From Spirogloea muscicola (lineage: Eukaryota): DNA of 64,000 bases. The notes beneath the pieces were generated by a model, which saw only the letters and a program-made list of their open reading frames with translations, was not told the origin of the DNA and made no database searches. Each line of letters begins with the position of its first letter. Positions within the stretch are counted from its first letter, which is position 1. Position numbers and translations under genes: made by a program. The stretch spans positions 60,819 through 124,818 of the forward strand of contig WELB01000002.1 of the NCBI GenBank assembly GCA_009602725.1, in the 5' to 3' direction. Shown here piece by piece: positions 57,210 to 64,000 of the stretch.

Positions 57210-60200
57210 CGTGCCACTGGCCATCGATATGCACGAAGTTTTGGGGCCTCAGTGGCTAGACCTGTTGACCCACCTTGCGTGACGCGCTGTGCCCGCAGGT
57301 GGGGCGAGCAGGCCGAAGTCGACCCCGCTGGCTCGCTGATGCAGGTAATTGCATGCGCCTGTCCATATCCTTCCAGCGGTCCATGGCCTACACCTTGCAT
57401 CTAAGTGGAGCCGTGGTCTAGCTGCAGCCACTGGCTTCCGTCAAGGGGACTGCTTCCGGCGGCTTTTTATTTATGCCTTGCGGCTGCTAAGTAGAGGTTA
57501 TGGAGCGATTGTACCTACATGGTCCTTGCATATTCATGTATTGCAGCTTCTTTCGGCCCCTTCGGACCTTGTCGATTCTTATCGGGCTGACATTCTATAG
57601 GCCACGTCCCCTTTTGAAGGATCGGTATCTCTCTACAAAGCTTAAGAAGAAAGTGCTCGCCCATAGAAAAAGGGGGCCAGCAAAGCCAGCCCAGAAAGAA
57701 TGGACAATGTCCGAAAGCCAAAGAAAGGAAGTGTTCGCCCATAGAGAAGAGTGGCTGGCAAAGCCAGCCCGAAAAGAATGGACAATATCCCAAGCCAAAG
57801 AAAAGAGGAGCCGGAAAAGAACTACACTACAGTCCATGCCTTTGGACTAGGACGAAGCCATCAGCCAAAAGACGCTCAGTAACCCCTAGTCAGAAAAAAA
57901 GAAAGGAAAAACACACAGCTAGGCAGTTAGGCAGCTCTCTGAGCTAATTAGCTCGTACAAACTAGATCCCAACCTGTGTCGGAGCTGCGCGGCAAGATTT
58001 GTGTGCACGCCCTAAAGCTCCTATAGTTTGACAGACGGCTTATGGAGCTCCAGAAGCCAGGATCCGGAGGGTGGTAGCGTTGAAATCCCAGATGTATTTA
58101 CAGTGGTGGTTGCCTGGTCAGCAGCTTGAATGATATTGGCGGATGTCCATCGAGGACTTAGCTGGTACTTTGGTGGACCGGGCGGAAATTGCACGCAGTA
58201 TCTGAGATACTGGCTGCAATTATCGCTTCATCGGTCATTTAATGTTCCTATCCGTATAGACACATTCCGGGTCAGAACGTCCCGTTTGGGATTCGGACAT
58301 ATGGTGTTGGCGACAACCCTTTCACAGAGTGGGACGCCAGCGCACACAGCGCATACTCGCGCACACAGCGCAGCGGAAGTCCTACCCTAAGGCACCGCCA
58401 AAAGGTGGTGACTCTACGGAGGGTCCAGCTTCAAGCTGTCCCGACATGGGACTGAGCTGTAGTACTTACAGAGAGCCGGCGATGTCCGCAGCGACGAGCT
58501 GCGGTGACGGGCTGGGCAGCAGGCGGCAGCAGCAGAGCTGTGGCAACGGCTGCGGCAGCAGGCAGCAGCAGGGCTGTCCCTCTCTTGGCGTCACGGGTCC
58601 GACTCCGGAATCAGGCCTCGGCCTGCTACTAACAGCGTTCCCCCTGCCACCCCTCCCCAGAGACGCCGACCACCCGCAGGAACACGAGTTCTTCCCGTTC
58701 GCCATCGACCCCCGCGGTGCGTTGGGCGCTTGGTGGCTCGAGCTGCTCAAGCAGCTCTTGCGTCACGCTATCTGCAAGGAATGCTGTGGATCGCCAAGCC
58801 CGGGCTGCCGGCGGCGCAAGGAAAAGCGGGGAGGAATTGGGATGGGGCTGCAACGGTAAAAATGAGCAACGGATACTGCAGGGGCAAGGGTCCAGGGGTC
58901 CGAGGTTGGGTGAAGAACTCACCACCTCTGCATCTCGGGTACCCTCTATATAGTCCGAGGGACTGCGAGCCCGGCCATACGGGCCCGGGTGGGATATTTG
59001 GCACCCAGTCTCTCGTTGACGACCCGTCCGCGACCTGTCGACGGCTATCAACGGGCTACCACCGACAATCTACCCATCCATCGGCCACCACCGCCATACT
59101 GACGGTCCCCGGTCACTCGCAGCTGACGGTCACTACCCCCAGGCTACCGTGAGCCGTCTATCGTTCCCGTCAACACTAACGGCTAACAACGCCGTCAAGG
59201 CAATCTACAGCGCTGCCGCCTCCCATCGCCGTTCCAGCGGCAGCACAATGCTGTCTCGCGCGTCACGACACCGGGTTGCGTTGCTCTCAGCTCTAGGTTG
59301 AATCCACGCCGCCCAGCCTGGTGAGATTGTCCGTCTCCAGGCATCTGTCAAGCCTTTCCTGCGGCACTGACAGTCAATTTATCTATCAGCCGGATGAGGT
59401 GTCGAGTCTCCAGGCATCTGTCAATTCATTACTGCTGCATTGACATTCCAGCCATGTAAAATCGTTACACTATCTCCCGCCGATGCCATGGGGAGACAGT
59501 GGATTTCCACGCAGCTGGCTCGCTCGCGCAGGTATACCGCATGCGCCTGTCCGTCTCGCTGCAGAGGTCCATGGCTCGCGCGCTGCATCTGCGTGCCGGT
59601 CGTGCCTCAGCTGCAGCCTCTGGCCCTGGCCAGGGGACCCGCTACCAGGCGACCAGATTCTCTGACCTGCGGCTGCTTAACAGAAGTTTCTGAGTGTATC
59701 GGAGCTGCTTGTGTCCATGTGTGCTAGCTTTAGCGCTTTCCCTTGGCCCCTTCGACCTTTCTTCACATTTTCCCTGGGCTGGGCTCTCCTGGAAGCCACC
59801 GCCCTCTCTTGGAAGCGTCTTTCTCCCCAAGCGTGTGACGAAGAAAGAGGAAATGGCTCGCCCATTGAGGATAGGGGCTGGACAAGCCAGCCCAAAAAAG
59901 AATGAACAAAGAACGAGAAGGGGGCCAGAGGAAGCCAGAGGAAGCGCTAAGAAACCAAAGCACACAAAGAAAGAAAGCAGCTACACATTACTCAGTAACC
60001 CCTGCTAAGCAGCCGCAAATCAGAGAGGCTAGGGTCCTGGAAGTGGGTCCCCTGTGACGAGGGTTGCCCCAAGGTCTTCCCCCGGAGGGGCGGGCCTGAC
60101 AAGCGCGGGCGCATGCGCCTTCATTTAAAGGATTTGCTCGCCCACAGAGGGTAGGGGCTGGTAGGGAAAGGCCAGCCTAAGAAGAATGGACAATGTCCAA

Positions 60201-60790
60201 AGAGCCAAAGGTGCCAAAAGGTGACAAGGGGATACGACGGATCTGCCAGACGCCGTTGCGCACGAGCGAAGCAGCGTCTGGCGGCTGGAGCACGACTTCA
60301 AGGCACACGAAAATGCGCCAGACGCTGCCGCGCGCGAGCGAAGCAGGCCTGGCGGATGGAGTCAAAACTCCCGGATGATGCCGCGCGCAAGCAAAAGCAG
60401 CGCCTCTCGGACAGCACGACTGGCGGACACGACATGTCGCGTGCATGTGCGTACGAAGCCCCAAGCCTCGGACCGTACTTAGCTACACGGGGTGCACAAG
60501 CACCGTTTGGGACTAGCAAACGGTAGATACGAAACATCATGTAAGGTTACCGGCCTCTTAAACGGAGGGATCATTACAGGTCAATTCTAGTCCAAGTACG
60601 CGGACCGTCCGGAAGGGACTGCGTTTGTTCTGCCGGCCATCGATGGCACGGGGCTTTAGAATGTAAGCCCAGTGAGAGACCTGTGCATCCTGCTTGCGCG
60701 CCGTGCTGTGTCCCGCAGATAGGACAAGCAGGCGGAACTCAGCGCTGCTGGTCCTTTGCGGTGTTTCACATGCGCCTGTCTAAACAAAGG
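57210..60790. mobile_element. Nest of short CRE-like 3' fragments in both orientations
   Basis: Plus strand: PLAIDMHEVLGPQWLDLL (57210-57500), DHPQEHEFFPFAIDPRGALGAWWLELL (58665-58770), GSLAQVYRMRLSVSLQRSMARALHLRAG (59500-59693) and a fragment at 60620-60790. Minus-strand ends at 57646-57895, 59840-60030 and 60130-60205. Confidence 0.8.
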
Positions 60791-60916
60791 AGGGGTACCT
60801 CCTTTGGTCGATGGCCCACGCCTTGCATGTGCCTGCTGGCTGTGCTTTAGCTGCTTCTATGGCAAGGATGGAACCCAACCACCGCTTCACGCGGTGGGTG
60901 GTTTCAAGACTCTGCC

Positions 60917-60966
60917 TGTAATGAAACAGCTGTCTGATTAAGCCACAAGGCTCTGTTGGCATTACA
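60917..60966 (+). repeat. 50-bp terminal unit TGTAATG...CATTACA (putative micro-LTR or terminal hairpin), copy 2
   Basis: tgtaatgaaacagctgtctgattaagccacaaggctctgttggcattaca. Confidence 0.7.
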
Positions 60967-61139
60967 TGACCGACTATTTGGGCCAGGTGACCCGCCAGCT
61001 GGCTGGCCGGGAAGTGGCCCGCCCGGGTGCGGGTCCCGCCCGTCCCGAATTAGCCTTCGCCAAGGTCCGCCCTTTCGAGGGAGGACCTTTGGCCTGCCGC
61101 AAGGCGGGCCTTGGGGCGCACCTGCTCACACCCCTGGAG

Positions 61140-62808
61140 AAGTGGCACTCCCAATGGGGGCAAGGGCTGCGAAAAGCCAGCCCAAAAAGAATTCACAAAG
61201 GTTCAGAGGGGCCTAAGAGCGGTGAGCAGCTACAAAGGGGCCTGAGGATGCAATGGTAAAACAGGGGGAGGATGGATCACTCAATAAGTACGAGTGAGGA
61301 GCCTCAGATCCGACAGACTAGCTGCCGGGAAGCTATCACCCTGACGAAAGCCAGAGCCCGCAGCGAGAGCACGGCCAGCTCGCAGATGCAGAGCGTGGGC
61401 CATGGACCGCTGCAGGGATACAGAGAGGCGCATCCGATATACCTGAGCCCACGAGCCCGCGGCGTTGAAGTCGGCTGGCTCGCCGCGTCTGCGGGACACA
61501 GCCCGCCGCGCAAGCCTAGCCAATAGGTCAAGCCACTGGGACCCAAGAGCCCCGTGCACGTCCACCGCCAAGGGGACGAACTCGTCGGCAGGTGGGTGGT
61601 CGGAGTGCTTGGCCGCCTTGCAGCGAGCGGCCTTCGAGGCAGCGTGGCCGGCCCGCGAGGCAGAGAGCCCCAGGTTGGAGCGGTCGACCACATCGGTGGT
61701 GACTACATCGGCTATGATCCGCGCGCCACCTCCCGGCGTGGACGCCACCAGGTCCACACGACGCGTATGGTGTCCGTCAGCCCTCTCGAGGATGGGCATG
61801 ACCGAGGCGTTCTCCATCGCCACCGTGTAGCCCGCCTCCTGAAAGATCCCGAACATAGCATCACGCAAGAGGTCGTGCGCAGCTGTTCGTTCGCCTCCAG
61901 TGGCGCAGCGGAGGAGATGCGCCGCCAGCTCCGCCGGGTCCGTCGACCGCTCCCCACATTCGCACTGCAGCACGCCCAGCAGGCAGGGCGGGGGGAGGCC
62001 CAGCAGGCGATGCGTGGCCGTGCGGAACAGCTCGTCCGGCAGCCTGAGCGCATCATACAGTGGGAGCGCAGAGAGCCAGGCTGCCGCGCCGGGGGAGGCG
62101 GCCGACAGCAGCCGAGCACGGCCGCGCACGTCGCCTGCGGGGAGGAGCTGCAGCGTGTCCGTGAACGTCGCCTTGTCCACAGCAGCCATGTATCGCGCCT
62201 GCGCCTGCGAGTCGGAGGTGTGGGCGAGGTGAGCGAAGGGGACCACGCTCTCTGCAAGGGCCGGATGCTCCGCGCTTAACCCGTCCTGGGCTGAGCGGAG
62301 GGCCTCCTGGAAAGGCAGCGAGCCAGTCGCCACCTCCTCCACAACCTGCTGCAGCAGGGGCCGCCCATCATGGAGGAAGCGCTGCGCCACCGACGTGGCG
62401 ACCTGTGCCCAACTGCCGAGGAATGCTGGCCTGCAGACGCGCGCGAGCGAGCGGCAGCCGAGGCCGCCCTGGCCAGGGGGCAGTGTGGCCTGGAGCGTAG
62501 CGGCTGACGAGGCAAGGAAGCCATCGTGGCGGATGAGGGCCGCCGCGCCCTCCATGACCCCCGTGTCGAATGTGGTGTAGGCCGCCAGCACCGCGGGGCA
62601 GGGAGGGGTCGTCCGCGCCAAGTAGTGAGGACGCTGCACAATGCATCGATTGAGCATGGCAAGCGCCAGCTGCATGTCCTGCAGCTCGGGGAGGCGGGCC
62701 ACTGGCTGGAGGTGCTGGAGAGAAAGAAGTGGCACTCCCAATGGGGGCAAGGGCTGCGAAAAGCCAGCCCAAAAAGAATGCACAAAGGTTCAGAGGGGCC
62801 TAAGAGCA
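61140..62808 (-). mobile_element. 5'-truncated CRE-clade-like non-LTR retrotransposon; open frame about 62720-61281, with its 3'-terminal 83 bp duplicated at the 5' end
   Basis: QATLPPGQGGLG, CECG-x-AHLLRC, RTAAHD, RRVDL..IADVVTTD, EFVPLAVDVHGALG, LTRTY*. Direct repeat 61138-61220 / 62725-62807. Confidence 0.92.
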
Positions 62809-64000
62809 GAGGGGGGGTGGCACGGGGAAGCACCAAGGAGCCTCAGGGGCAGAGGCTCATGAATGAGTTCGAGCCGAGGAAGCCCAGGAGCAGCCTTGCC
62901 GCTGCTCGCCGCCGCAGCCGCCGCCGCACTGCGCTGCGGGGCCTGCTGCGCCGGCCTGCGCCCAGGAGGTGGAGTCGCCGTCAAGGCGGTGCCACAGGGC
63001 CTGTCTTCCGCTGCGCTATGCGCTAGTGCTTCCTTGTGTAGTGGGTTGGCCCCCAAACCCCCTATGCTCGAATACAATAAGGACTCTCTCCCTCTAACTG
63101 CGTGTTCAGGGCGAGATTCACTACACTGCCGGAGTTCCTGGACGGGCACGCTCTATGGTACTACCGTTCGGTCATGAAGGAGATTCTGGCCGCCAAGGAG
63201 GAGGTGCCGGCTGGTGGGAGGCCAGCCAGCGGTGAGGATTATGGTGCAGCGGCTGAGGCGCTCATCGCGGGTCTGTCAGCGGCGGCGGAGGGGGCGCTGG
63301 GGGCGGGGACGACGGCCCAGCGGGAGCGCGTGCTGTCGGACCCTATCCAGCACTTCTTGCACCTGCTTAGCCTGCAATTTAAGACCGACTCCGCTGCCAA
63401 GGTGGCAGAGTTGGTCAACTTCCAGCGCCTGCCAGGGGGAGGATGTGATGGTCATGGCACAGCGCCTCAAGCAGCTGCGTCGTGACACGGGCAGGTTGAC
63501 AGAGGTCGATGCGGCTCACAAGTTCTTGGAGGCCCTTGGAGGAGGCAGAAAAGGAGCGTGGTTGGAGCAACAGGTCTTCGCGGCCCACCGCCATACCTTC
63601 ACCATTGACCAGGTGGCGGATCTCGCCGATGATGTTGAGCGCCACTTCGCAGAGAAGGCGGTGGAGGTGGCGGCTCCAGTCAAGGGTAAAGGGAGGCCGG
63701 CTGCTCAGCCGCGGCCCTGGTCCGGAACTCAGCCGAGACAGTGGCGGGTGCCCAGCAAGCAGGGCATGGCGGCGGCGGCGGCAGTACCAGCCGGGCCGGC
63801 TGGGGCCGGTCTCTCCTACACGTGCAATCAGCCCGGGCACCCAAGAGGGATTGCCCACGGGGGGCTGGCATGCGGTGCACCCATTGCGGTAAGGCAGGTC
63901 ATGGGGCGCAGACTTGTTGGACGCTGCATCCAGAGCAGCGGCCGGCGCAGCGGCAGGCTCACGCGGCGTCCCGGGCAGCCAGGAGCGCAGCCGCGTCGTC

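Larger units (their letters stand above)
60917..64000 (+). mobile_element. gag-encoding retroelement, copy 2, degenerate (stops and frameshifts), split by a CRE-like insertion and running off the window
   Basis: Capsid-like helical segment PEFLDGHALWYYRS...LSLQFKTDSAAKVAELVNFQRLPG..MAQRLKQL; a damaged knuckle SYTCNQPGH-KRDC; an intact CX2CX4HX4C knuckle CTHCGKAGHGAQTC-WTLHPEQRP at 63876-63917. Confidence 0.82.

Noticed and set aside
62721..62783. ATG start of the 500-aa ORF as a genuine gene start
   Set aside because: It lies in the duplicated 3' UTR copy; the RT core is absent, so the element is truncated.
57646..62810. CRISPR-like array of GCCAGCCC...GAATGGACAA repeats
   Set aside because: Spacing is irregular, both orientations occur, the copies are diverged, there are no cas genes, and the motif maps to retrotransposon 3' UTRs.
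62818..62835. TGGCACGG as the tRNA primer-binding site of the gag element
   Set aside because: It is not preceded by a CA LTR end, lies about 180 nt inside the leader once the insert is removed, and no tRNA match can be verified here.

Overview
Eukaryotic genomic DNA from an intron-dense, GC-rich genome. Plant-type orthologues suggest a streptophyte (charophyte-type) green alga; this is an inference. The first ~51.5 kb hold ten spliced genes, nearly all in alternating orientation: AQR(+), SEC1/KEULE(-), CstF-77(+), E2F(-), TANGO2(+), SKI3(-), a two-UBA protein(+), a helical-domain/WD40 protein(-) with a decayed C5 DNA methyltransferase inside it, VPS52(+) and an STK11IP/LIP1-like LRR protein(+). 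All five assembly gaps fall at GC-rich gene 5' ends. The last ~12 kb are a nest of retroelements: many 5'-truncated CRE-like non-LTR retrotransposons (CCHC finger plus restriction-like endonuclease, RLE), Copia scraps and two diverged copies of a gag-encoding element. Three observations stand out. (1) Both gag-element copies begin with an exactly 50-bp TGTAA...TTACA unit with co-varying terminal inverted repeats and no canonical TGG primer-binding site. (2) Each copy was independently hit by a different CRE-like element within the same ~14-nt window, in opposite orientations. (3) About 18 CRE 3' ends share a conserved GGCTG-loop-CAGCC stem-loop. Exon boundaries, identities and family assignments were read by eye; no database search was run.
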